Shown here: positions 20,139 through 29,475 of the stretch, piece after piece
Numbering within the stretch: position 1 is the first letter of the stretch
How the letters are laid out: the number at the start of each line of letters is the position of its first letter
Notes under the pieces: model-generated
Told to the model about the DNA's origin: nothing
Database searches by the model: none
What the model saw: the letters and a program-made list of their open reading frames with translations, nothing else
DNA from: Parcubacteria group bacterium CG08_land_8_20_14_0_20_48_21
GTDB taxonomy: Bacteria > Patescibacteriota > Patescibacteriia > UBA1544
Assembly (NCBI GenBank): GCA_002774425.1
Contig: PEYJ01000009.1
Location: forward strand, 3,134-67,133
DNA length: 64,000 nt
Reading direction: 5' to 3'
Translations under genes and position numbers: made by a program

Positions 20139-21548
20139 TCATACCTCGCTATACAGCCGTTGCCGTATGAGGTCCACGTTCTGCCGTAATCCGGAATCGG
20201 ACTCAATCGCCGTATGAATCTTTGTATATGCGTGCATGGCAGTGGTGTGGTCACGATTACCTAACTCCTGTCCTATATTCGGATAGGATGAAGAAAGCTC
20301 TTCTCTCATGAGGTACATAGCGATTTGTCGGGGAAGCACCAATTCCTTTTTTCTACTTTTCCCAACCAGATCGTCAACCGTAATATGGAAAAAATCTGCA
20401 ATATGGTCCACAAGCTCCTGTGAAGAGAGCGAAGCGCGTCGTCGCGCGTACGTTGAAGAGTTAAGAACCTCTTTAATTGTTTGTGAGGTTGGCGGAATTT
20501 GATGAAATTGATGGTGCGCAACAATACGATTAAGCGCACCTTCCAATTCTCGGACATTGTTGTGCACATTTTCTGCAATCAACGCAAGCATCTCAGGCGC
20601 GAGATCGTAGAGCCGTTCTTTGCACTTGGCTTCCAAAATAGCAACGCGCGTTTCAAAGTCGGGTTGGGATATGTCAGCAATCATTCCCCATTCAAAACGT
20701 GACTGCAGACGCTTTTCGAGCGATGGTATGGCATTTGGCGGTCGATCAGAGCTTAATACTACTTGACAGTTGTTTTGATGAAGTGTATTAAAGGTATGAA
20801 AAAGTGCTTCTTGAGTTCCTTCTTTTCCCGCAATAAACTGGATGTCATCTATAAGGAGCAGATCAACCATACGATACGTATCGTTGAATTGTTTTGCCTG
20901 CCCGTTTTTTACTGCTTGAATATAATCGTTGGTGAATTTTTCCGCACTCGCGTAGAGAATTTTGATGGATGGTTTTTGCGCGAGGATGTGATGACCGACC
21001 GCCTGTAACAAATGCGTTTTTCCAAGGCCGACACCGCCATAAATAAAAAGTGGATTGTAGACTGTACCCGGTCGCTCAGCAACCGCTTTTGCCGCCGCGT
21101 GCGCGAGTTCATTACCCTTTCCAACGATAAAACTTTCAAATTGATAACGGTCGTTCAAACCATACTTATTGACCGAACGGGGAAGTGGATTGTTCGTCAA
21201 AAAATTGTGTGCAGCCGGTTCTTTTACTGACACCCCGCCCCCCGGAACCGTTTCCAACAACGCGCTGTTTGTTTTCGCCGCACGCGCCTCCGGCTGTTGT
21301 CCGGTATTTACTTTATACTCCACGCCAATGACGGCGTTATCCGTGCTGTTCTTCAGCGCATGCAGTATGGCTGTGTGGTATTTTTTCTCCAGCCACACCT
21401 TGGTAAAGGTATTGGGAACGCATATCACCACCATCCCCTCCGCAAGCGCGCTAATGAAGGTGTTTTTAAACCAGGTAGTAAAATTTGCTTTACTGATGAG
21501 GAGTTCAAGCTCTCCTAAAGCGGACTGCCAAAGTTCTTCGTTGGTCAT
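20139..21548 (-). CDS. dnaA: Chromosomal replication initiator DnaA
   Basis: YNPLFIYGGVGLGKTHL, LLIDDIQF, NVRELEGAL, RDHTT. Confidence 0.98.
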   Translation of the reverse strand: MTNEELWQSALGELELLISKANFTTWFKNTFISALAEGMVVICVPNTFTKVWLEKKYHTAILHALKNSTDNAVIGVEYKVNTGQQPEARAAKTNSALLETVPGGGVSVKEPAAHNFLTNNPLPRSVNKYGLNDRYQFESFIVGKGNELAHAAAKAVAERPGTVYNPLFIYGGVGLGKTHLLQAVGHHILAQKPSIKILYASAEKFTNDYIQAVKNGQAKQFNDTYRMVDLLLIDDIQFIAGKEGTQEALFHTFNTLHQNNCQVVLSSDRPPNAIPSLEKRLQSRFEWGMIADISQPDFETRVAILEAKCKERLYDLAPEMLALIAENVHNNVRELEGALNRIVAHHQFHQIPPTSQTIKEVLNSSTYARRRASLSSQELVDHIADFFHITVDDLVGKSRKKELVLPRQIAMYLMREELSSSYPNIGQELGNRDHTTAMHAYTKIHTAIESDSGLRQNVDLIRQRLYSEV

Positions 21549-21685
21549 AGGGATTGATGCGAGTAAAAAGTTACTAAAAAAAGATCAGGTGGCAGAAATG
21601 CATCAATATTTACAGGAAAAGTGCTGGGAGTATAGCACACTTTTGCACAAGCGCAAATGAGTGGCACGGTAAAAAGTTTATAAGG

Positions 21686-21705
21686 TGTGCATAAGGTGTG
21701 GAAAA
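21686..21705. promoter_or_regulatory. DnaA boxes upstream of dnaA
   Basis: TGTGCATAA (21686) and TGTGGAAAA (21697), each one mismatch from TGTGGATAA. Confidence 0.6.
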
Positions 21706-21819
21706 AACTTGATGCGTACAACTAATACAACCAAGTGGAAAAATAATGACCTGACCTCATTGTTGACATAAAAGGTTTTTTTCTGTACGCTACATCTTGT
21801 ATATTAGCTCACTCAATTT

Positions 21820-21960
21820 ATGCCAAAAAGAACACTCCAATCAAAAAGCGTTAAGAGAAACAAACGCAAGCATGGTTTTAGAAAGCGCATGTCCACTACC
21901 AGCGGTAGAAATACCATCAAGCGACGCAAGGCAAAGGGAAGAAAAAAGATCTCCTTATAA
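21820..21960 (+). CDS. rpmH: 50S ribosomal protein L34
   Basis: [46 protein letters not shown] (below the ORF-track cutoff). Confidence 0.95.
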   Translation: MPKRTLQSKSVKRNKRKHGFRKRMSTTSGRNTIKRRKAKGRKKISL

Positions 21961-21972
21961 CGAGTTCTACGT

Positions 21973-22317
21973 ATGCTGGCACAACTGAATCGCATACGGA
22001 AAACTCGAGAGTATGAAAAGGTTTTTGCAAAAACAGGCAAACCTTTTTTTGCACCGGAGTTCTTCATTAAAGTTTGTCCCAACAACCTTATACAGAGCAG
22101 ATTCGGCTTTGTTGTCGGTGAAAAAGTTTCAAAAGACGCGGTAGTCCGCAACCGCGTCAAACGCCGTCTGCGCGCCATCGTGCGCAAGCATCTTGCGGAT
22201 ATTCGCAAGGGGTTTGATGTGGTGGTCGTGACGCGCAAGCCGAGCTCAATCACGACATCAAAAGACCTTGAGCGGATACTGGGCGACTTATTAGCGAAAG
22301 CAAATCTTCTTATATGA
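21973..22317 (+). CDS. rnpA: Ribonuclease P protein component
   Basis: RFGFVVGEKVSKDAVVRNRVKRRLR. Confidence 0.95.
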   Translation: MLAQLNRIRKTREYEKVFAKTGKPFFAPEFFIKVCPNNLIQSRFGFVVGEKVSKDAVVRNRVKRRLRAIVRKHLADIRKGFDVVVVTRKPSSITTSKDLERILGDLLAKANLLI

Positions 22318-22601
22318 AGCACGCTTCGTTCATAAAAAAAGCATACGCATTTTCCTCAAAAGCATGTGGCTGTGTATTGGCGGTGTGCATTACCGTGTAC
22401 CAAAAAACCATCTCGCCGGATCACAGCATGTTCTTGCGTCCTTTCTACCCCCATGGTTGCTGCAAATTTTACCCCTCGTGCTCGGAGTATACCCGCCAGG
22501 CGGTGGTTAAACATGGCGTTTTCAAAGGCACGCGTCTTTTTTTTGGTCGCTTACGCAAATGCCACCCATGGGCCGAAGGCGGCATTGATCTAATTCCGTA
22601 A
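22314..22601 (+). CDS. yidD: Membrane protein insertion efficiency factor YidD
   Basis: YQKTISP, CKFYPSCSEY, KCHPWAEGG. Confidence 0.93.
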   Translation: MKHASFIKKAYAFSSKACGCVLAVCITVYQKTISPDHSMFLRPFYPHGCCKFYPSCSEYTRQAVVKHGVFKGTRLFFGRLRKCHPWAEGGIDLIP

Positions 22602-22626
22602 AATTTCTTGGTTTCTCTCGCAGAAT

Positions 22627-23367
22627 ATGATCCAATTTTTCCATACACTCCTCTATCAACCTATATTCAATGTTTTGGTGTTGTTGTATCAATATATTCC
22701 GGGACATGATCTGGCAATCGCAATTATTGTACTGACGTTCATTATCAAAATTGTCCTTTATCCCCTGTCCGCCAAAGCACTCAAGTCGCAAAAAGCGATG
22801 CAGGAGTTGCAGCCAAAACTGGAGGAGCTCAAAGTAAAATATAAAAATCAAAAAGAGGTACAGGCACAGAAAATGATGGAGTTCTATAAGGAAGAAAAGG
22901 TAAATCCGGCCGCGTCGTGCCTGCCATTGCTCATCCAATTTCCCATTCTGCTCGCTGTATTTCAGGTGTTCAACAATGGCTTGCGCAATCAAGACGGCTT
23001 GCTTGATGATTTATATGGTTTTGTGGCGAATCCGGGACATCTGGAAACCGTCTCGCGCATTTTTGGTGATATGGCAGTACCAAGCGTGGTGTTGGCGGTA
23101 TTGGCTGGTGCCGCACAGTTCTGGCAGGCAAAAATGATACAGGTAAAAAAACCGCCCAAAGAGGCGGGTGTCGGTGCAAGGGATGAGAGTATGGCCGCAG
23201 CTATGAACAAGCAAATACTCTATATGATGCCGGTGTTGACCGTTATTTTTGGTTTGCAGTTTCCTGGCGGCTTGTCTTTGTACTGGCTGACTACTACGCT
23301 TTTGACCATTGGCCAGCAAGTCATTACACTTAAAAAGAAGGAAAACACTGCCGAATCCACTGCTTGA
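22627..23367 (+). CDS. yidC: Membrane protein insertase YidC (short form)
   Basis: LQPKL, NPAASCLPLLIQFPI, LSLYW. Confidence 0.93.
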   Translation: MIQFFHTLLYQPIFNVLVLLYQYIPGHDLAIAIIVLTFIIKIVLYPLSAKALKSQKAMQELQPKLEELKVKYKNQKEVQAQKMMEFYKEEKVNPAASCLPLLIQFPILLAVFQVFNNGLRNQDGLLDDLYGFVANPGHLETVSRIFGDMAVPSVVLAVLAGAAQFWQAKMIQVKKPPKEAGVGARDESMAAAMNKQILYMMPVLTVIFGLQFPGGLSLYWLTTTLLTIGQQVITLKKKENTAESTA

Positions 23368-23428
23368 CCTCTCACATTCTTTCCTGCCTTCCTGCAAGCT
23401 ACAACCTACAAGTTATAAGCGATCTCTT

Positions 23429-23752
23429 ATGGATCTCACCAACAAACAACTCATACATCTACCCGTGGTAACTAAAAGTGGGCAGTCGCTTGGTAAAGTC
23501 ATGCGCTTTGCGGTGAATGCAGAAACACAAGAAGTGACACGGTATTTTGTAAAGAGCAGTGTACTCATTCCTGATTTGTTTGAAAATGAACTGGTGATTC
23601 ATCGCCGCCAAGTATTCTCTTTAACTGAAAAAGAAATGATAGTAGAAGATGCGGCGGTTCAAGAACAGGTGCCACAAAAAGTGCAATTTCCTTTTGTAGT
23701 GCGTAATTTGCGCACCAAAAATGCTGCATTTAGTATAGGTAAGGAAATGTAA
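23429..23752 (+). CDS. PRC-barrel domain protein
   Basis: LIHLPVVTKSGQSLGKV..ETQEV, PRC-barrel pattern. Confidence 0.7.
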   Translation: MDLTNKQLIHLPVVTKSGQSLGKVMRFAVNAETQEVTRYFVKSSVLIPDLFENELVIHRRQVFSLTEKEMIVEDAAVQEQVPQKVQFPFVVRNLRTKNAAFSIGKEM

Positions 23753-23772
23753 ACACCTAACAACCTGCAAAC

Positions 23773-23799
23773 AAAAATCCGCTATTTTTGGCGGATTTT
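23773..23799. terminator. Bidirectional terminator between convergent genes
   Basis: AAAAATCCGC-TATTTTTG-GCGGATTTT. Confidence 0.55.
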
Positions 23800-23913
23800 A
23801 TTTCTCTAATCATAAACTTACGCGCGGGAGTCATAAAAGTTTTTCTTCCAATAAAATCGCTCCAGTATGATATTTGCCACTTCCATGTTATGTAAATTTC
23901 AAAACTCATTTTT

Positions 23914-24717
23914 CTAAAACAATCTTCCCTTACCAACGATAACTTTGAGTTTTTGCGGCGCGACTTCTATGGTAACTGGTGTTTCCAACATCGGCTGGCC
24001 ATCCACTATCACCGGAATAGACTTATCCGGTTCCGTGCTTTCTATGCGAACTTTTTTTATAGGAAATATACTGTCGATGCGGTCTATTTTTGGGGATCGC
24101 TCTTTGCCGAAAGTTTTAAGAATATTATTGGTTAGTGAAAAGCCCAACGGTTCAATAGTTGCTTCCAAAATGCCATCCTGGGGATTAAAAAAATGCCGGT
24201 ATGCGGGAGGCGTATCATCCGGCATTTCCCGAAAATTATACACACTGGTTTGACTCTTTTTTTTCACCGGTTGTACGGTGAAATTACCGTCGCACGTTAT
24301 TTTTATAGCATCCGATAACACCGATGCAGAGGTGAGGAAGTACGTGTTGTTGATCTTCCCTAAGTCAATATACTCAATCTTACGCGCGGAAAGTACGTCG
24401 CACGCCGCTTCGTTTTTTGGTATGCCGAGTATGTTCGCAAGGGACTGATTATCACCCAAAGGAATGATGCCGAGTGCGGCATCGGTTCCTACCAAGCTTG
24501 TTATAATGCTGTGGATTAAACTGTCTCCACCGACCGCTACGACCGTTTTTACACCTCGACGGATAGCATCGCGGACAATAATTTTAGGGTTCGTTAATAT
24601 GGTAGATCGTGCAATACGCCCGTTAATTCCCAAGTCGGTAAGTCGGTGCTCAATACGCACGATAGTTTTTTCGTGTTTTTTGTCGCCGACCAAAGCATCG
24701 TAGAGGTACAGGTACAT
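23914..24717 (-). CDS. Diacylglycerol-kinase-family lipid kinase (YegS/BmrU-like)
   Basis: VVAVGGD, LGIIPLG, IDLGKIN, VDGQ. Confidence 0.8.
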   Translation of the reverse strand: MYLYLYDALVGDKKHEKTIVRIEHRLTDLGINGRIARSTILTNPKIIVRDAIRRGVKTVVAVGGDSLIHSIITSLVGTDAALGIIPLGDNQSLANILGIPKNEAACDVLSARKIEYIDLGKINNTYFLTSASVLSDAIKITCDGNFTVQPVKKKSQTSVYNFREMPDDTPPAYRHFFNPQDGILEATIEPLGFSLTNNILKTFGKERSPKIDRIDSIFPIKKVRIESTEPDKSIPVIVDGQPMLETPVTIEVAPQKLKVIVGKGRLF

Positions 24718-24732
24718 ACAAAATATACAGTT

Positions 24733-25149
24733 TTAGTTGTCCTCTGTCGCTTCTTCTTTTTTGGCGTTCTTGTAAGAACTTGTCTGTACAGGCTGTTTTG
24801 ATGACCCTCCCATAGCGCATTTTCCGTTGAATACTGCTCCAGGGGTCATGGAAACGCTTTTTGCCGTTATATCACCATCAATCAGTGCGGTTTCCGTGAG
24901 ATCAAGGCGTTCAGAAACAGAGATGTTTCCATGTACCGTTCCGGCAATCATGGCACTTGCTGCGCTAATATTAGCATTAATTGTAGCCCTCGTACCAATT
25001 CGAACTTCCCCGTCGGTTTTCAGCGATCCTGAAACCTCTCCTTCAACCACAATATTTCCCTTACCCACAAAATCACCCTCAACTTTAACCGTAGAGCCGA
25101 TGATCGTTTCGGTGTCTGCTGAAGGTGGAATGTCTGAGTTTTTAAACAT
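24733..25149 (-). CDS. Bactofilin (polymer-forming cytoskeletal protein)
   Basis: TIIGSTVKVEG..IVVEGEVSG..GAVFNGKCAM; TTGACA-17-TAAAAT promoter on minus at about 25199-25227. Confidence 0.9.
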   Translation of the reverse strand: MFKNSDIPPSADTETIIGSTVKVEGDFVGKGNIVVEGEVSGSLKTDGEVRIGTRATINANISAASAMIAGTVHGNISVSERLDLTETALIDGDITAKSVSMTPGAVFNGKCAMGGSSKQPVQTSSYKNAKKEEATEDN

Positions 25150-25382
25150 AGTTCAAATACTATTAAATAAATGACGTTCAGGAGTGGACGTGTGAGTAAT
25201 TTTAGATCATTGAGAGCTTATTGTCAAAGTGGATTTTATCTTTTATACTACCAGAGCCATGTAGATATATATGCATTCTAAATAAGCCGCAAAGTTACTT
25301 AGAATACAATGACCTCATGTGGTAGTACCGGAAAGTTTGTAAGATAAAGATTGTACATTTTACGACACATAAATAATTAAAT

Positions 25383-25398
25383 TGTTCCACGTGGAACA
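25383..25398. promoter_or_regulatory. parS site
   Basis: Perfect palindrome TGTTCCACGTGGAACA. Confidence 0.85.
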
Positions 25399-25453
25399 AT
25401 TTAATTATTTTCTCCGTGATACTATCTTCGCCTATCTTCTCGCCGGAACCCTT

Positions 25454-25525
25454 GCCCCTGTAGTTCAACGGATAGAACGAGGGACTCCTAAGCCCTAAAT
25501 AGAGGTTCAATTCCTCTCGGGGGCA
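25454..25525 (+). tRNA. tRNA-Arg(CCT), CCA not encoded
   Basis: GCCCCTGTAGTTCAACGGATAGAAC..CT-CCT-AA..GGTTCAATTCCTCTCGGGGGCA. Confidence 0.9.
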
Positions 25526-25579
25526 CGGGTATCGGCAAGGTGTCGTACGTTACTTGTAAAATATAATATAGTACAACAT

Positions 25580-25656
25580 GGGCCTGTAGCTCAGCTGGCT
25601 AGAGCGCTGCATTCGCATTGCAGAGGTCAGGAGTTCGAATCTCCTCAGGTCCACCA
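25580..25656 (+). tRNA. tRNA-Ala(CGC)
   Basis: GGGCCTGTAGCTCAGCTGG..CTGCA-TT-CGC-AT-TGCAG..GTCCACCA; G3:U70 pair. Confidence 0.93.
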
Positions 25657-25702
25657 ACTTCAATAGATTCAGTATAATTACTGTATAATCATGAATATAT
25701 CT

Positions 25703-25778
25703 GGGCCGTTGGCGCAGCTGGTAGCGCGCTTCCATGGCATGGAAGAGGTCACCGGTTCGATCCCGGTACGGTCCACCA
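25703..25778 (+). tRNA. tRNA-Ala(GGC)
   Basis: GGGCCGTTGGCGCAGCTGG..CTTCC-AT-GGC-AT-GGAAG..GTCCACCA. Confidence 0.93.
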
Positions 25779-25801
25779 AAATACCATAAAATAATATTTA
25801 T

Positions 25802-25984
25802 ATGCATTTCGAGGATAAATTCAAAATTAAGCTAAATCAGAACCTATGGGTTTTAGTGGCTGGTTTCTTGAGTTTAGGATTTTCGGAATATTATGACTTG
25901 GAGAAATTAAGATTCTTATCTTTGGTGTTCAGCATATTTGCTCTGATTTCTGTCGTCGTAACTCTACTCTTTTATACAATTTGA
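25802..25984 (+). CDS. Small AT-rich two-TM hypothetical protein
   Basis: 60-aa ORF immediately after the tRNA cluster. Confidence 0.4.
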   Translation: MHFEDKFKIKLNQNLWVLVAGFLSLGFSEYYDLEKLRFLSLVFSIFALISVVVTLLFYTI

Positions 25985-26327
25985 TATTGCAAGAATAAGC
26001 TTGAAAAATAGTGGCTTGGTGCATCAGAAGTTCCGTTCAAAAAAGGTTCGCGCAAATGCTAAAATAATACCACCAAATCATATGGTTAACGGACAAAAAA
26101 AGCTATTATTGCTCTCATTATACTTTTTGTGATATATTTTTTGTACGTTTTTGTTACTAAAATGTACTACTGCGGAAACGCGCCTTTCTATATCCCTAAC
26201 ACATATGATTGTGTATAAACTTGTCTATTCCGCCCAGGTTACTGGGCGGAGATTCATCTTTATTTTGTTTCAACTAACACGAATGTGATCAACTAAATTA
26301 GTGTTGGTAAATCATACACATAAAAAA

Positions 26328-26652
26328 TGTTCCATGTGGAACATTTTTTTATCAATGTGAATCATAAATGTGTAAAACATGTGTACAACTTATTTTAAAA
26401 ATTAATTATTAACTAATATTAGCCAGTATTATTTTATCTAGCTATAGGGATTTGTGGATAGGTATAATAGTGTACTTTATATTCTTGAATTGACTATATG
26501 CAATTGTTCCACGTGGAACAATTGAGATAGAGCAATAGTTCTTTTTGCGCATAGCGATAAAAATAAAATTAAAGTGTAAGGAAGATGAAATAAATTTAGA
26601 TTTTGTCACATATTATAATATATGCCATTTTCAAATTTTTCCACGTGGAAAA
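26328..26652. promoter_or_regulatory. Three further parS-like sites
   Basis: TGTTCCATGTGGAACA (26328), TGTTCCACGTGGAACA (26505), TTTTCCACGTGGAAAA (26637). Confidence 0.8.
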
Positions 26653-26780
26653 ATTTTAGTTCTAGTGTGTCGTAAAATTAACTATAGCGGTGTATAACTC
26701 TTGTACATTGACGTAACTTATGAGGTTGTTTATACTTGATGAGGCGCAAAAATGTTACTTTAACTCCCTAAATCATTCCT

Positions 26781-27104
26781 ATGTCAGAAATTACTCTTAC
26801 CGATCAAAATTTTGCTTCCGAAGTTTTACAGTCAAAAGAGCCAATATTAGTTGATTTTTGGGCTCCATGGTGCGGACCTTGTCGCATTCTTGGTCCCGTA
26901 ATTGAGGAAATAGCTCAAGAAACACAAAACAAGGGAATAAAAGTAGGCAAGCTGAATGTGGATGAAAATCCGAACATAGCAGGAAACTACAATGTCATGA
27001 GCATACCAACAACCATGGTGTTTAAGGGTGGAAAACCCGTGGAACAGTTTGTAGGTGTCCAGCCGAAACAGGTTTTGGTAAAAGCTCTTGAAAAGGCAAA
27101 ATAA
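26781..27104 (+). CDS. trxA: Thioredoxin
   Basis: DFWAPWCGPC. Confidence 0.96.
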   Translation: MSEITLTDQNFASEVLQSKEPILVDFWAPWCGPCRILGPVIEEIAQETQNKGIKVGKLNVDENPNIAGNYNVMSIPTTMVFKGGKPVEQFVGVQPKQVLVKALEKAK

Positions 27105-27253
27105 TTTCAAAAAATATCTCAAGACTTTCTGGAAAATCATTATTTGCCGCAATTCCTTTTCAGAAAGTTTCTCAAATTAACTCATTGCCCTGTGGTTTCT
27201 GCCGCAGGATTGTTGATTGAGGAAGTTTACGTTAGAATGCGGCTAGAGCGTGT

Positions 27254-27898
27254 ATGTATAAAATACTTGGATTTCATTACGAACAAGCGTGTTATAACAA
27301 TGGTTTTACCCGTGTTGCCGGAGTTGATGAGGCGGGGCGTGGGGCGTGGGCGGGTCCGTTAGTTGCCGCCGCGGTTATTTTTCCCCGAAAGTTTATAAAC
27401 GGAAAAGAAAAAATTGATCCATTAGCGGAAATTCGTGATTCAAAAAAACTTACGGCAAAAAAAAGAGAACGGCTTTACGATGTTATTACCACCTATGCGC
27501 TTTTTTACGCCATTGCTGAAGTCAGTCGCGAGTGTATTGATGCGCGAGGCATTCAATGGGCAAATCTACATGCTCTTACACAAGCCGCGTGTAATCTTGC
27601 GCAACAGCCGGATTATGTATTGAGCGATGGCTACCTTAAACCCAAGGGCTTTGTTGGCAAGGCGATTGTGCGGGGAGATGGGAAGATACTCTCTATTGCT
27701 GCCGCCTCCATTTTGGCTAAAGTAACGCGAGATCGCATCATGTCCGCATACGACACCGTATATCCTACCTATGGATTTGCGCGCCATAAAGGGTATGGTA
27801 CCAAGCAACATCATGAAGCGTTGCTCGTGCATGGGTCATGCGAGCTACATCGTACCAGTTTTGCACCAATACACGCGTTAAGTAAGCGGTTGCCGTAG
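27254..27898 (+). CDS. rnhB: Ribonuclease HII
   Basis: [32 protein letters not shown]. Confidence 0.96.
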   Translation: MYKILGFHYEQACYNNGFTRVAGVDEAGRGAWAGPLVAAAVIFPRKFINGKEKIDPLAEIRDSKKLTAKKRERLYDVITTYALFYAIAEVSRECIDARGIQWANLHALTQAACNLAQQPDYVLSDGYLKPKGFVGKAIVRGDGKILSIAAASILAKVTRDRIMSAYDTVYPTYGFARHKGYGTKQHHEALLVHGSCELHRTSFAPIHALSKRLP

Positions 27899-27927
27899 GG
27901 AGAAAAACAACGTATACTGGTAGTAGT

Positions 27928-28479
27928 ATGCACGCACACAAAGGAAATAACTTACTGAATGCGAAAGAAATTTTAGCTGAAGTTGGCGTACGTAAAGATA
28001 TGCACGTTGCGGATCTCGGTTGCGGCGGATCCGGACACTTTGTAATTCCTGCGGCAAAAATGGTTGGTGAGCATGGTGTGGTGTATGCCGTGGATATCCT
28101 TCAAAAAGCCCTGGAAAGCGTTCAAGGAAAGGCGCGCGGTGAGCGTTTGGGACAGTTGCATACGATTTGGGCGGATATAGAATCGTTTGGCGCAACACCC
28201 ATTGCGGAAAAATCTCTTGACCAAGCTTACCTCATTAATGTACTTTTTCAATCAATAAACTACGCTGCAATTATTGGTGAAGCATATTTATTGTTGCAAA
28301 AAGGCGGATTGTTACTGGTGATAGACTGGGATAGCACCCCATCTCCTTTCGGACCGACGTCAGACCAACAGGTACGGCAACAAGACGTTGAAGACCGTGC
28401 CATGGCTACCGGTTTTGTGCTACGGAAAAGATTTAAACCCGGCAAATATCATTTTGGTCTTATTTTCATTAAGAAATAG
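27928..28479 (+). CDS. Class I SAM-dependent methyltransferase
   Basis: VADLGCGGSG, VYAVDI, GGLLLVIDW. Confidence 0.85.
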   Translation: MHAHKGNNLLNAKEILAEVGVRKDMHVADLGCGGSGHFVIPAAKMVGEHGVVYAVDILQKALESVQGKARGERLGQLHTIWADIESFGATPIAEKSLDQAYLINVLFQSINYAAIIGEAYLLLQKGGLLLVIDWDSTPSPFGPTSDQQVRQQDVEDRAMATGFVLRKRFKPGKYHFGLIFIKK

Positions 28480-28482
28480 CAT

Positions 28483-28893
28483 ATGCGCATCATGGAAAAT
28501 ATTTTTTCTCCCTCATATTGGTTTACCCTTCGTCAGATTCCTTTAAGTCCCGAAGGGTTACACATACTGACAGGTTTTTTCGCTGGTTTGGTTGTTGCCG
28601 GTTTTGTACTGCGACTTATGCCGCAATTACTGAAGGGGAAGGATGTTCTTTTTTACCGGATAACGGCGAAATTTTCATCCTGTTTTGTGACCATCGGCAT
28701 CATAGGACTATTATTTACTTTCTTTGCCAGAGAGGCAACAAGGGTATTGGGAGCGCGTTTCTGGTTTGTATTCCTCGGCATATTGTTGGTTGCTTGGATC
28801 GGGTATATTTTCAACTTTGCCGCGCGCGTGGTGCCAAAGCGAAGAAAAAAAATAAGCGAATATGAGCAAAAAAAACGCTATCTTCCCTCGTAA
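28483..28893 (+). CDS. Three-TM hypothetical membrane protein
   Basis: Hydrophobic helices, basic C-terminus (KKRYLPS), operonic position. Confidence 0.7.
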   Translation: MRIMENIFSPSYWFTLRQIPLSPEGLHILTGFFAGLVVAGFVLRLMPQLLKGKDVLFYRITAKFSSCFVTIGIIGLLFTFFAREATRVLGARFWFVFLGILLVAWIGYIFNFAARVVPKRRKKISEYEQKKRYLPS

Positions 28894-28895
28894 AC

Positions 28896-29327
28896 ATGGG
28901 AATATTGCAGTACATTTTCAATCAGAGAACTCCGGAGGAAAAAAATACTCATGGTGCCGTTACCAACACGACGCCGCATTTGCTTTTAGGGAGAACGGGG
29001 GAGGAGATTGCCGCTGTTTATTTGACAAATAAAGGCTATCGTATTATAGAAATGAACTGGAAAACGGGAGTGGGTGAAATTGATATCATTGCACAAAAAG
29101 ATGCTATGAGAGTTTGTGTAGAAGTTAAAACTAGGAAAACAAAGGATTTCGGATATCCGGAAGAATCAGTAACCGCTAAGAAGAGAGAAAAATTACGTAA
29201 ACTTGCTGAAATTTATCAAAGGTTGCACCGTTTGAAAAAATTTCCAAGAATTGACGTTGTCAGCATTATATATAGCACATATGGTGAGCATCAGGTTACC
29301 CACTTTAAAGATATTGGCTGGCAATAA
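28896..29327 (+). CDS. yraN: YraN family (UPF0102) endonuclease-like protein
   Basis: LGRTGEEIA, GEIDII, VEVKTR, RIDVV. Confidence 0.9.
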   Translation: MGILQYIFNQRTPEEKNTHGAVTNTTPHLLLGRTGEEIAAVYLTNKGYRIIEMNWKTGVGEIDIIAQKDAMRVCVEVKTRKTKDFGYPEESVTAKKREKLRKLAEIYQRLHRLKKFPRIDVVSIIYSTYGEHQVTHFKDIGWQ

Positions 29328-29475
29328 CCGCGTGAGCCGCATGTGTACACTTCCGCACGTATCATAACTATTGAGTCAAAGAAAATTATCCATAAGAAAA
29401 CTGTATTTCCTGGAGTATTGCGGCCAGATTGCCTCGCTTGACAATCGGCGAGCGTTGCGGTAGGTTTTACCCACT

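Noticed and set aside
23392-23420. Degenerate heptamer run CTGCAAG-CTACAAC-CTACAAG-TTATAAG (similar at ~12430-12460)
   Set aside because: Only about four degenerate units; no spacers, so not CRISPR; too short to interpret
25982-26011. Possible TGA read-through (genetic code 25) extending the 60-aa ORF
   Set aside because: Conserved genes here (queA, tig, dnaA, rnpA, yidC) end in TGA and none has an internal TGA
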